Source: Sphyrna mokarran (lineage: Eukaryota). From it: 64,000 bases of DNA. The stretch spans positions 102,672,001-102,736,000 of the forward strand of contig JAGIQG010000009.1 in assembly GCA_024679065.1 (NCBI GenBank), given 5' to 3'. Positions 1-11,469 of the stretch are shown here, piece after piece. The notes beneath the pieces were generated by a model. That model worked only from the letters and a program-made list of their open reading frames with translations. It had not been told where the DNA came from and searched no databases. Each line of letters opens with the position of its first letter. Positions within the stretch are counted from its first letter, which is position 1. A program made the position numbers and the translations under genes.

Positions 1-1349
1 CTGTTGTGGGCAAGGTATTGGAGAGAATTATTAGGGATAGGATTTATAGTTATTTAGAGAGAAATGAATTGATTGGGGATAGTCAGCATGGTTTCGTGAA
101 GGGTAGGTCATGCCTTACTAACCTCATTGAGTTTTTTGAGAAAGTGACCAGAGAGGTGGATGGGGGGTAAGGCGGTTGATGTAGTATATATGGACTTTAG
201 TAAGGCGTTTGATAAGGTGGCCCATGGAAGACTTCTACAGAAAATGCAGATGTGTGGAATAGAGGGTGATTTAGCTAATTGGATAGGAATTGGCTGGCAG
301 ATAGAAGACAGAGGGTGGTGGTTGATGGGAGATATTCATCGTGGAGTTCGGTGACAAGTGGTGTGCCTCAGGGGTCTGTTTTGGGCCCCTGCTGTTTGTA
401 ATTTTTATAAATGATCTGGATGAGGGTATTGAGGGATGGATCAGTAAATTTGCAGATGACACTAAAGTCGGTGGAGTGGTAGATAGTGAAGAGGGTGTTA
501 TAGTTTGCAGAGGGACTTGGACAAGTTGCAGAGCTGGGCCGAGAGGTGGCAAATGGAGTTTAATGTGGAAAAGTGTGAGGTAATGCACTATGGCAGAACT
601 AATAAATGTGTAGAGTATAGGGCAAATGGTAGGATTCTTAGTAGTCTAGATGAACAGAGGGATCTTGGTGTGTATGTGCATCGATCCCTGAAAGTAGGCA
701 GTCAGGTCGAGAAGGTTGTTAAGAAGGCATATGGAGTCTTAGCTTTTATTGGTAGGGGGATTGAATTTCAGAGCCGCAACGTCATGTTGCAACTGTACAA
801 AAACCTAGTGCGGCCGCACTTGGAGTATTGTGTGCAGTTCTGGTCCCCACAGTATAAGAAAGATGTGGAGGCATTGGAGAGGGTACAGAGGAGGTTTACC
901 AGGATGTTGCCTGGTATGGAGGGCAGGTCTTATGAAGAGAGGCTGAGGGATTTGAGGTTGTTTTCATTAGAAAGGAGGCGGCTAAGAGGGGAACTAATCG
1001 AAACATATAAGATGATTAGAGGTTTAGATAGGGTGGACAGTGATAGCCTCTTTCCTAGGATGGAGAAAGCTAGCACGAGGGGACACAGCTTTAAATTAAG
1101 GGGTGATAGTTATAGGACGGATATCAGAGGTAGGTTCTTTACCCAAAGGGTGGTTCGGAAGTGGAATGCCCTGCCTGCGGAGGTTGTAGATGCGCCAAGT
1201 TTGGTGGCGTTTAAGAGGTTAGTTGATAAGTATTTGGAAGAGAAGGGAACGGTTTAGTTTGGAGGGGCATTGCTTTTTATATTGGTCGGTGCAACATCGA
1301 AGGCCGAAGGGCCTGTTCTGTGCTGTAATGTTCTATGTTCTATGCTCTA
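1..1349 (+). mobile_element. CR1 LINE, ORF2 reverse transcriptase 3' part with tail
   Basis: [49 protein letters not shown]; frameshifted; (TGTTCTA)n tail at 1328-1349. Confidence 0.96.
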
Positions 1350-1535
1350 AACCCATGTTTCTTCCCTCAGTCAAAATCCTGAAACTCCCACGCTAATAGC
1401 ACTATGGGTGTACCTACACCAAATGGACTGCATCAGTGCAAGAAGGCCATAGACCACCACCTTCTCAGGGAAATTAGGGGTGGGCAATAAATACTGGCCT
1501 AGTCAGTATTGTCCACATCCCATTACTGAATTAAG
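1350..1535 (+). mobile_element. LINE 3' end (CR1/L2-type) sharing its tail with the SacSINE-type SINEs
   Basis: caccaccttctcagggaaattaggggtgggcaataaatactggcc; related pieces near 17205-17370 (+), 44245-44760 (-), 58540-58760 (-), 60330-60660 (-). Confidence 0.65.
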
Positions 1536-1934
1536 TAAATCATAATGACTTGTTGCATAAACTTCAGCATGTTATAAACCAAAATATGATATAATTGATA
1601 TCTCTGCATAACTTAAGACAATGATTAGATTGTGAAAGTTTAACCACTTTATCTTGTTCCAATTTGCTTAATCACATTACTTAACAACCACTCCTAACAA
1701 TCGCGTTTTGACATTTTCCACAATAAATTGTCATTCTTTGCAACATAGTCTTGGTAATAAAAGAAAAATAACAACATAAAAAGTTCATAAAAAATTATTG
1801 AACATTGTGTGGGTTTTCTTCTGACACCCTTTCCTCAACAACTTGTATTTATGCAGCAACTTAATGTGGTAGAACTTCACAAATTGTTTCCTCTGATTAT
1901 TGTCTTAACAGTAAGCTGTAACCAGAGATATTGT

Positions 1935-2235
1935 AACAAAGAAACTAGAAGCAAGAGTAGGCCATTCAGCCCCAATTGCTCTGCAATTAATTTTGATCAT
2001 GGCTGATCATCAAATTCAATTATCCTGATTCCCGTTTCCCCCCATATCCCTTGATCTCCTTAGCCCAAGAGCTATATCTAATTTCTTATTCAAATCACAC
2101 AATGTTTTGGTCCCAGTGACTTTATGTGGCAGTGAATTCCACACATTCACCACCCTCTGGGTGAAGAAATTTCTTCTCACTTCAGTTCTATAAGGTTTAC
2201 CCCATATCCTCAAAAAATGACCCCCTCGCTCTGGA
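1935..2235 (-). mobile_element. CR1 3' fragment
   Basis: RTEVRRNFFTQRVVNVWNSLP; similar short fragments near 6210-6470 (-), 8185-8510 (-), 9885-10310 (+), 11945-12310 (+), 21700-22120 (-), 48840-48970 (-). Confidence 0.85.
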
Positions 2236-2917
2236 CTATTGAGACAAAGTTGGTGAATTTATGGGGATGGGGTTTACATGTTTTCTTAAAAGAGATGGCG
2301 AGATTTGTGAGGAATTTCCAAAGCTAGCCAACCACCTGTGAACAACAGTATCCGATAGGGATCAACCCATTTCCACAGTAACCAAACTGGAAAGACATAC
2401 CCACTGAATAAAGCAAGCCAACAGGAAGTTAGGGGTGCTATCAACACCTCCCAAGGATCCACAATTAATGCATCTCACTCCATCAATGTAGAAGTTTGAA
2501 TCCTGAGTGAGTTAGCACCTGACCTAACAAACTTTGGTTTGTGGTTGTGGTCATGTCGGGGTTAAATGCCATCTTTCCCCGATCAATCTGTGTAATTTGG
2601 ATGTTAATAGGAGAATATGCAAACTCCATGCAGGCTGTCATCTAAGGCCAATAATTGAACCTGGGTTTCTTATCATTAGAGTGAGGGTGTCAATTGAAAA
2701 TTACCCAGCGGCAAAGGGTGATATTGTCACAGGACTAGTAATCCAGAGAACCAGATTCTGGGGACCTGGGTTCAAATCCTACCATGGTAGATGGTGGAAT
2801 TTGAATTCAATGCACGTCGAGAATTAAATGTCTAACGACGACCATCAATCAATATCATAAATCTAGAATACCTTTTACCAAAAGAAGTCTACCATCCTCA
2901 TTTGGCCTGGCTGCCCT

Positions 2918-3360
2918 TGGCATAGTAATTAGCATTGCTGCCTCACGGCGCCAGAGACCTGGATTCAATTCTGGCATTGGGTCACTGTCTGTGTGGAGTT
3001 TGCACATTTTCCTTGTGTCTTCATGGGTTTCCTCTCACCGTGCAGAGATGGTGGCATAGTAATTAGCACTGCTGCCTCACAGCGTCAGGAACCCAGGTTC
3101 AATTCCGATCTCAGATCAATGGCTGTGTGGAATTTGCACGTTCTCTCTGTGTCTGTGTGGGTTGCCTCCGGGTGCTCCAGTTTCCTCCCACAGTCCAAAG
3201 ATGTGCGGGTTAGATTGATTGGCCATGCTAAATTGCCTCTTCATGTCCCAAGATTTGTAAATTAGGGGGGTTAGCTGGGTAAAATGTATGGAGTAGTGGG
3301 GATAGGGACTGGGTGATTGTACTTGGTGCAACTCAATGGGCTGAATGGCTTCTATGATTC
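2918..3360 (+). mobile_element. HE1-type tRNA-derived V-SINEs (tandem), CR1-type tail
   Basis: Pol III A/B-box head, V core ..cccacagtccaaagatgtgc..ggccatgctaaattg, GATTCTAT tail; roughly 30 full or partial copies, e.g. 6635-6950 (-), 7176-7490 (-), 19883-20168, 20838-21143 (-), 25836-26165, 33319-33645, 36490-36800 (-), 43165-43430 (-), 45900-46215, 46655-46965, 51115-51435, 52592-52900, 54165-54465, 56028-56338 (-), 57335-57618 (-). Confidence 0.9.
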
Positions 3361-3370
3361 AAAGTTTCAT

Positions 3371-3766
3371 GATGTGGAGATGCCAGTGTTGGACTGGGAT
3401 AAAAGTCTCACAACACCAGATTAAGGTCTAAAGTTTATTTGTAGCAAACACCATTAGCTTTTGGAACTGGCTATTCCTTTGTCAGGTGGGTGGGAATTCT
3501 GATCACAAACAGGGCATATAAAGACACAAGCTCAATTTATATGAATAATGATTGGAATACTGAATAATTGGAATAATGATTGGATTAATTAACTGTAAAG
3601 ACTCACATTTCAATCATTATTCATGTAAATTGAGTTTGTGTCTTTTTACGCCCTATTTGTGATCAAAACTCCCACTCACCTGACAAAGGAACAGCCAGAT
3701 CCAAAAACTAGTGGCTTTTGTTACAAATAAACCTGTTGGACTTTAACCTAGTGTTGTGAGATTGCT
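3371..3766. mobile_element. Penelope pLTR-derived inverted-repeat insert
   Basis: Inverted arms of about 155 bp; TSD ttc(a/g)aagtttcat at 3358-3370 and 3767-3779; decayed hammerhead motif near 3675-3712. Confidence 0.8.
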
Positions 3767-4083
3767 TTCGAAGTTTCATTTGCAAGTTAGATGGATTGGC
3801 CATGCTAAATTGATCCATAAAGCAGGATTTTCCAATTGGAAAATCCCACCTAAGGTTAACGAGCCTTTGAATTGTTCTGTCTCGCCCGCAATAATTCCAT
3901 CGTGGGTGGGCAAGAAAATTCCGCCCTTAGAGTCAAGGATATTAGCAAGGTAAATACGTGGGGTTACAGGTTAAGGGCCTGTGTGGGCTTGTTGTCAGTG
4001 CAAGCCTGACGGGCTGAAAGACCTCATTTTGCACTGTAGGAATTCTATGACTTTATGATACATATGATTTCAGATCATAGGAA

Positions 4084-4145
4084 TGTGGTTGCTCTTAAAT
4101 GACAGGAAGTTAGAAAAGTGCAATAAATACAGGCTTCCCTATAAA
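4084..4145 (+). promoter_or_regulatory. Possible promoter cluster (RUNX, ETS, TATA-like)
   Basis: TGTGGTT 4084-4090, ACAGGAAGT 4102-4110 and TATAAA 4140-4145 in non-repeat DNA about 300 bp upstream of the candidate leader; short motifs, may be chance. Confidence 0.2.
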
Positions 4146-4449
4146 TGAAAGTTGCTTTATTTGTTCACACTTTCTCTGTGTGTTTCTACAGAAAGTGTGT
4201 GATTCACACAAAGGTTAATTTGAGGTTTTAAAAAAAAAGACCTATATATTGAGATGTCTGAAGTGAAGGGTAGGATTGTCTCAGCAGCTGTGATAATTTC
4301 CACTGGATGTTAGGGGCTACAACAGTGTATGGGGCACCCTTGTAGGGTGCTGTAGGTGTGGCACTTACTGCTACCCAGTTACATAGAGCAGGCTGCAATT
4401 TGTTTATAAATATCACAGTCTGAAGTGAAGTTCATGTTGGGTTTTTCCA

Positions 4450-4504
4450 ATGTTATGCAATGCCTCTCAGCATTTTTCCTGCTTTTTGTGTTATTTGTTG
4501 GCAG
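4450..4504 (+). CDS. Candidate leader exon of gene A, copy 1 (GC donor)
   Basis: MLCNASQHFSCFLCYLLA + G|gcaagc; phase 1, compatible with the 11164 acceptor. Confidence 0.3.
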
Positions 4505-4965
4505 GCAAGCAAAAGTTGTCATTGTATCACTTGTTTTTGAACAAATTGTGAATCAGGTTACATATCTGGTAAATGGGAATTTGGCTTCAACAATCTAAAC
4601 TCAGTGGCACAGTAGTTAGCACTGCTGCTTCACAGGGACCCAGCCTCAAGACACTGTCTGTCTGTGTGGAGTTTGCATATTTTCAACGTATCTGCATGGG
4701 TTTCCTCCGGGTGCTCCGGTTTCCTCCCACAGTCCAAAGATGTGCAGGTTAGATGGATTGGTCATGCTCACTTGATCTCTAGGCCAGGGTTTTCCAGCCG
4801 CATTCACCCAAGACTAGAAAATCCTGCCTGAAGTTTGAATTGTCCTGGCCTGCCCGCAGCGATTTCCCCTGTAGGTTGGGTACTGCGATGTGGCACTTAC
4901 AGCCACCTAGTTACACAAAGCAGGCTGCCATCTGTTTCTGGATATCCCAGCCTGGAGTGAAGATC

Positions 4966-5026
4966 ATGTTTGGTTCTCAGATGTTATGCAGTGCCTTCTC
5001 CTGCCTTTTGTATTATTTGTTGGCAG
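4966..5026 (+). CDS. Candidate leader exon of gene A, copy 2 (GC donor)
   Basis: MFGSQMLCSAFSCLLYYLLA + G|gcaagc; splicing to 11164 gives ...LLADG/RKNVFG, an A-x-G signal-peptidase-like site. Confidence 0.35.
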
Positions 5027-7524
5027 GCAAGCAAAGGTCATCATTGCATCACTTGTTTTTGAACAAATTCTGAAATGTTCGATATCCGGTAAACGGGAAT
5101 TCCGCTTCAACAGTCCCAGACTTAGTGGCACAGTAGTTAGCACTGCTGCTTCACAGGGATCCAGCCTCAAGTCAATGTGCAAACTGTGGAGTTTGCACAT
5201 TCTCAGCGCGTCTGCATAGGTTTCCTCCAGGTGTTCTGGTTTCCACCCACAGTCCAATGATGTGCAAGTTAGGTGGATCAGCCATACTGAATTGCCCTTT
5301 CGTGTCAGGGGATGAGCAGGGTAAATATGTGGGGATGGGGCCTAGATCAGTTCAGGCTCAATGGGCAAATGGCCTCCCTATACTCTGTCAGCATCTACGA
5401 CCCTAATCTTTAAGGCCCTTATCCGTCAATACATTTTGTGCTTGAAAGGAAGCTGTCAAGTCAGTGGATTTTATTTACACCTGTAGAAAGTTCATTGAAC
5501 TTTTATGTCAATGAGAATGTCTTCTCTGGCACTTCAGGAGGTGTTTCAGTTTGACTCCACAAGGAGAAAAATCAGCTCAGCTTGGAGCCCCATTTGAAAA
5601 TAGTTTTTCAACTCAGTCCAAGGTTTAAAAAAGTACATTTTGGAATGGATTTCTCACCATTTGTCATACCTTAACTGCCCATCTTAATGCTATCTTATCA
5701 AATCTGTTAATCATTGTAAATTATCAATTAGTTCTTCCCTCAGTCTTATAACTGGAATAATTTAGGCCCATCCTTTATAGGCATGAGGAGATAGTGGTGC
5801 ACCACGGGGAAGAGAGTTTCAAAGATCCTGATTTCTCATTTCAATTCTCCAATCCATAGTTTGAGACCATGGGCTAAATCTAACTAAAAATTGGCAGAAT
5901 GTTGTCTTCAGCAAGGAAAGCGACATGTTTTACTCCAGATCATAGGATACGGTGCCAAAAAGATAATCAAGGGCAGGTGTTTCACTTATCGTACAAGAGC
6001 TGGTAAAACTCAGGTGCACAGAGATCTGATCGCCCCAATCAAAACCTGAGTAAATCCACCCCCCACCATCCCAAGTGGTCTAAGGTGTTCCCCTACCCGC
6101 CTTTGATCAGAGTTGTCACTTTTCTATCCCCCTTCCACTGCAGAGTCACAGTTTGAGCTAGCACTCACTTCCACCCACTCAAAACAGCCTTTGCTGGCAG
6201 TCTCAGCTCCATAAGAACTAGGAGCAGGAGTAGGCCATCTTATTGAATGCTCTGCCATTTAATAAGACCATGGTTGACCTTTTCATGGTCTCAGCTCCAC
6301 TTACCCGCCTGCTCACCAAAACCCTTAATTCCGTTACTGTTCAAAAATTTATTTTTAAAACATTCAATGAGGTAGCTTCAACTGCTTCACTGGGCAGGGA
6401 ATTCCACAGATCCATAACCTTTCTGTGAAGAAGTTCCCCCTCAACTCAGTCCTAAATCTGTCCCCGCTTCAAGCTGCGAAATGATACCAAAATGAATGAT
6501 AGTGGTTTTATTTCATTCGTTATCAGTAAGATTAAGAGGTATGAAAGTTTGTTTCCTTTAAATCCTGGATAGATTACCACACAACTGCACACAGCTGTTG
6601 TGTCCTTGGCATAGTCATACATGCAATCATACACTCCCTATGGTGCAGAAGGAGGCCATTGAGTTTGCACCCATGACAATCCCACCCAGATCCAATCCCC
6701 AAAACCCCACATATTTACTCTACTAATCCTTCTAAGAAACACATCCCGGGACACTAGGGGTAATTTAGCATGGCCAAATAACCTAACCTGCACATCTTTG
6801 GATTGTGGGAGGAAACTGGAGCATCCAGAGAAAACCCACACAGACACATGGAGAATGTGCAAACTCCACACAGGTAGTGACCCAAGCCAGGAATCAAACC
6901 CAGGTCTATCGAGCTGAGAGGCAGCAATGCGAACCACTGTGTCACCGTGCTGCTCAGTTGTTCAGTCAATGTGCAATGTAGATATATGGTCCCTCCACCA
7001 GCTCATATTTCCACAATGGTTCATCTGCAGAATGGCCCTGAATCTCTTGGTCAAACATATCACAAATGCCTTGTGATGTCTTTCTAACATCTTTAAAATA
7101 CTGCAAAGCCTTTGGAGACCAATTTAACCTCAAGCTATGATTTGAGTTCAATTCCAATAGATGCTGTATACCAATCATAGAACACTATACTGCAGGAAAA
7201 CGCCGTTTGGTCCATCGAACCTGAACCAACAATTCCACTCAAGCCATATCCCCATAATCCCACATATTTATCCTTGCTAATCACCCAAACATTGAGAGGC
7301 AATTCAGCATATCCAATAAACCTAACCTGCACACGTTTGGAGTATGGGAGGAAACCAGAGCACCAGGAGGAAACTCATGTAGATACAGGGAGAACATGCA
7401 AACTCCATACAGCTTGACCCAAGGCAGGAATCGAACCCGGGCCTCTGGCATTGTGAGACACTGTTCGAACCACTGTGTCACTGTGCTGTCCTTCTGTACA
7501 CTCAGGCCTGATCACAATTTCATA

Positions 7525-7665
7525 ATGTAGAGATGCCGGCGTTGGACTGGGGTAATCTCAGTAAGAAGTCCGGCAACACCAATTTTAAATCCAACTGATT
7601 TATTTGATAGTCAAATAAATCAGTTGGATTTAAAATTGGTGTTGCCAGAACTCTTACTGAGTTTA
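7525..7665. mobile_element. Penelope pLTR-derived hairpin insert
   Basis: Arms 7557-7607 and 7611-7661 with a 3-nt loop; TSD cac(a/t)atttcata. Confidence 0.8.
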
Positions 7666-10508
7666 CACTATTTCATACCCTGAATGTCATCTGTATTTTT
7701 ACTATTATGGGAGTGTTATTAGTTAATTATCATTTCAATGCTAGTGATTAGTAAAAGTCAGGAATATATGTCATTCAGCTGATTGAGATTCAAAGCATTA
7801 TTGTCTTCTCTGCCCTGTATTGGTGTCTGGAATTTTACAAATGGTTTTCACACAGCAGTCTCTTTTCATGCACATTAAATTTCTACTGAAGTTTAGTTTT
7901 TACCATTTGGTTCCTTTTAAACATTTAGGATCAATTAATGCACAGACCACAGTTTCCCATCAAGTCATCTCTCAATTACATTTACCCAGGACAAATTGCA
8001 AGGAATGGAAATGTGGTTTAGTACAAAATTCAGTGTAAATGTCAGAAGTTCGAATACAATGTTATAGAGTCGTAGAAGTTTTCAGAATGGGAATAGGCCC
8101 TTTGGCCGAACTTGTCCATGTTCTGGAAGTCCTTTCAAAAGCCAACAGTGCAAAGAATTAAATAATTGTACACTCAATCACAGTAGAGCAAAGAACAGTA
8201 CAGCAAAGGAACAGGCCCTTTAGCCCTCCAAGCCTGTGCCGATCACCTTTATATCCTTCCATTCCCCATTTGTTCATTTGCATATTAAGATAAGTCTTAG
8301 ATATGGCTAATGTAACTCCTTCAACCACCTCACTTGACAGTATATTCCAGGCTGCCACCACCGTCTAGGTAAAAAACTTCCCCTGCACATCTCCCCTGAA
8401 CCTCTCCCCTCCCCCCTCTTATCTTGAACTTGTGCCCCCTTGTAATTGTCATTTCTGCCCTGGGAAAAAACTTCTATCCCTCTCGTAATTTTATACATTT
8501 CCATCAGGTCGCTTGTCGGTGTTTAAATTAGTTTTTATGTTATCAAGAAAACTGATATAGTGATTTCCAGTATTCTTAACGTGAAAGCATTTGGTGGGGG
8601 TTACAGTTACTCAGTGAATGGTCCCTTCTTCCAAGCAACCCTGTAAAATAAAACATAGAAGAGTTTATTTAGCTCGTTTTTAGTGACACCAATAGTAGCT
8701 GATAATAAAACCATTGTAAGATCTTTGGAAACTACATGAAGCTGACAAGAAACATGAAGGACTTGAACAAAGCCACCCTAGACATCTTGATTACTGACCT
8801 GGGTTTAACCTCGTTGTCTCTCACCAGCTCCCTGTAATATTTGCCTGTTTGTGCAGACTTAGACTGTTCTTCCCCTACTCTGAGCTGTCTGTTGATGGGT
8901 TGTACACAACAGTTGCCTTTGCAGGGACGCAATAGAATGTCAAAGGAATCTGATTCTCCAAGGCACTTTTCCCACTATATATACACTGAGTGCCTGTAAA
9001 TCAGAGAGTGAGAGACAGCCAGATTTTTCCATTGCTCCTTTAAGACCAGCAGCTTTCCATGTGGCAGGTTGCATGGGTTTACCAGAATGGTTGTGCTGTT
9101 TCTTTGTTTGTTTTCCTGTATAACTTCCATTCTGCATCACTTCTCACTTTACCACTTATGATTTTGAACACTGCAATCAAATTCCATTTAATTTTCTGTT
9201 TAAAATGAAGGACTCTAGTTTCTAGACTTTCTCCACGTAACTGTAGTCCCTAGTATGGTATTTTAATAAATATTTTCTGCACAATCTCTAAGGCTTTGTC
9301 ATCCTTTTGCAAGTACGGTGCCAAAGTCCAGATCATTAATTTTTATCAAAAAGGAGAGTGTTTCTAATATCTTGGAGAACGGAATATAGTAAAAGTTTAA
9401 AAAGTATTTTATAAAGGTTAACATTAGTTTATATGTCTATTGTGGCTCAATTGTAGGTTTAGTCTTGAGCACAAGAATCTAGACTGACATTCCAGCGTAC
9501 TACTGGGGAAGCTGCACTGTCAGATGTATACTGGTGTTAAATACAAACCCACGTTGGCTACTTACATATCCTATTTACAACAGTGGCTACACTCCAAAAA
9601 GTACTCCATTGGCAGCAAAGTGCTTTGATAGATCTGATAATTGTGTCAAATATCATGTAACTTCCACTCTCTCTTAATTCCTCCTTGCTTTCGTATTTTA
9701 TTTCTGGAGTAATAAAATTTTAAAACCGCTGTCAAATGTTCAAAGATTTCTGTACATATATCTCTATGTTTCTCTGTTCTTGCACTCCATTCCAAATTGC
9801 ACTGTTTCATTCAAATTGTCTCTCTATATTCTCCCCAACAAAATGCATCACTTCACACTTCTGTTTGATCATCTACTAAACTTTACTAGGAGGCTACCGG
9901 GACTTGATGATTTGATTTGTAAGGGAGAGCCTGGATAGACTAGAGCTTTTTTCCCTGAACCTGAAGAGTGATCTTATAAAGCTCTATATAATAATGAGGC
10001 AAAGATCAGCGAAATAGTCAACATCTTTTCCCAAATGTAGGGGAGTCTAAAACTAGAGGGCATAGGTTTAAGGTGAATGGAAAGAGATACAAAAGAGTCC
10101 AGAGGGGCAATTTTTTTCACAGAGGGTGGTGAGTGTCTGAAACAATCTGTCAGAGATAGTAGAGGCGGGTACAGTTTTGCCTTTTAAACAGTTATATGGC
10201 AATGATGGGCCAAATGCAGGCACTGGGACAAGCTTAGTAGATTGTACAAAAGATTGGCATTGACAAATTGGGCCAAAGTGCCTGTTTCCATGTTGTAAAC
10301 CTCCGTGAATCTATGCAAAGAATGTAGCTTATTATTTTGGGAACATGTTTGAATCCCGTATAAACAATGAGGCCAAGAGGTGCCCGTGAATAGCTAACAC
10401 CCACATCACTGTTATACCCGAGGAGTTGAACATTCATAGTTTATTCTTTAGGATTTGTGCCTTTGTAAGATATTTAAGGACCACGTATGCACCAAATGGA
10501 ATAGTTGG

Positions 10509-10590
10509 ATGGTTGATGGAAAAGAAAATTTCCCCAACAGTGGAAACATATGCATTATTCTGATGTTTTGTATGCTTTTGTTGTCAAATT
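10509..10590 (+). CDS. Alternative candidate leader exon of gene A
   Basis: MVDGKENFPNSGNICIILMFCMLLLSN + T|gtaaga, phase 1; good acceptor tattctttag| at 10451; 573-bp intron to the IgV exon. Confidence 0.35.
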
Positions 10591-11163
10591 GTAAGATGCT
10601 ATTAGCACAAAGTGGAATCATATTCTGCAAAAAAACATTTTTAGAATTTATTTTATGGGATGTGAGCGTCCCTGGCTAGGCTAACATTTACTGCTGCCTT
10701 TTATGGACATCTGAGGCGGGGGGGTGGTTAAGTGGTATAACATGTTATATTCTACTAATTTGAGGACATGCCCATTATCTCTGTTACTTCTCACCTAACC
10801 AATTCTGTATCTGTTCACCCTCTTTCCCTGGGATTGGCTTTCCTCTTGGAAGGAATAGTTTCAGTCTCTTTCTGCCAGGTGAGAATGGGGGAAGGAGGGG
10901 TGGCGGTGTTAGGGGGATGATAGAGATGGTTTCTGATCCTGTGCAGCCCTTAACCTTACCCTGCTCACTGACTATTTGGTCCCTTACTGTGAGAAGGGGA
11001 GAGAGAGAGAGAGGGAGAGATGTGTCATCCCTTTGTCCTGAGGCACCTAAAGAAGTGGAATCACTGTTACACTATTTGTTGCTTTTTTATATATTTTCTA
11101 AAATTGATGTCAGGATTTTACTGGCACAGCTCAGAAGTTAACTTTCTGTTTTCTGTTTATCAG

Positions 11164-11469
11164 ATGGAAGGAAGAACGTGTTTGGTGCCACTGGTTCCTC
11201 GATGTTACTGGACCCTAAATATGGAGCAGACCTGAACAACAGTGAGGTTATCTGGGAGTTCACTGACAGTGATGGAAAATGTGTTCCTATTTTAGATTAT
11301 GTACCAGGTTACCCGCAAGAGGAACCAAACAAAAACTTTGAATCACGCTTACTATTTATTACATCCAATGGGTCTCTGATGTTGAACAATTTAGAACCCA
11401 GTGACCAAGGTGTTTATACTGTCACTATAGGCAGAGGCTGGAAATGGAGCATCATTTTGAAACTCTTAA
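11164..11469 (+). CDS. Gene A IgV exon (no B-F disulfide)
   Basis: tttatcag|AT...TTA A|gtaagt, phase 1-1, 306 bp; GRKNVFGATGSSMLLDP..IWEF..SRLLF..NGSLMLNNLEPSDQGVYTVTI; C-strand Trp and DxGxY present, canonical Cys absent; same length as paralogous exon 53722-54027. Confidence 0.92.

Larger units (their letters stand above)
4345..5290 (+). repeat. Local tandem duplication, units approx. 4345-4770 and 4878-5290
   Basis: About 260 bp of unique sequence plus a SINE with the same internal deletion, duplicated and moderately diverged. Confidence 0.9.

Noticed and set aside
2993-3331. Many short ORFs with WSLHILP/VWVSSGCS/QSKDV motifs across the window
   Set aside because: Translations of SINE cores, not a protein family.
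4191-4212. 22-bp micro-exon (ttctacag|...|gttaat)
   Set aside because: Weak donor and no paralogous support; at most a UTR exon.
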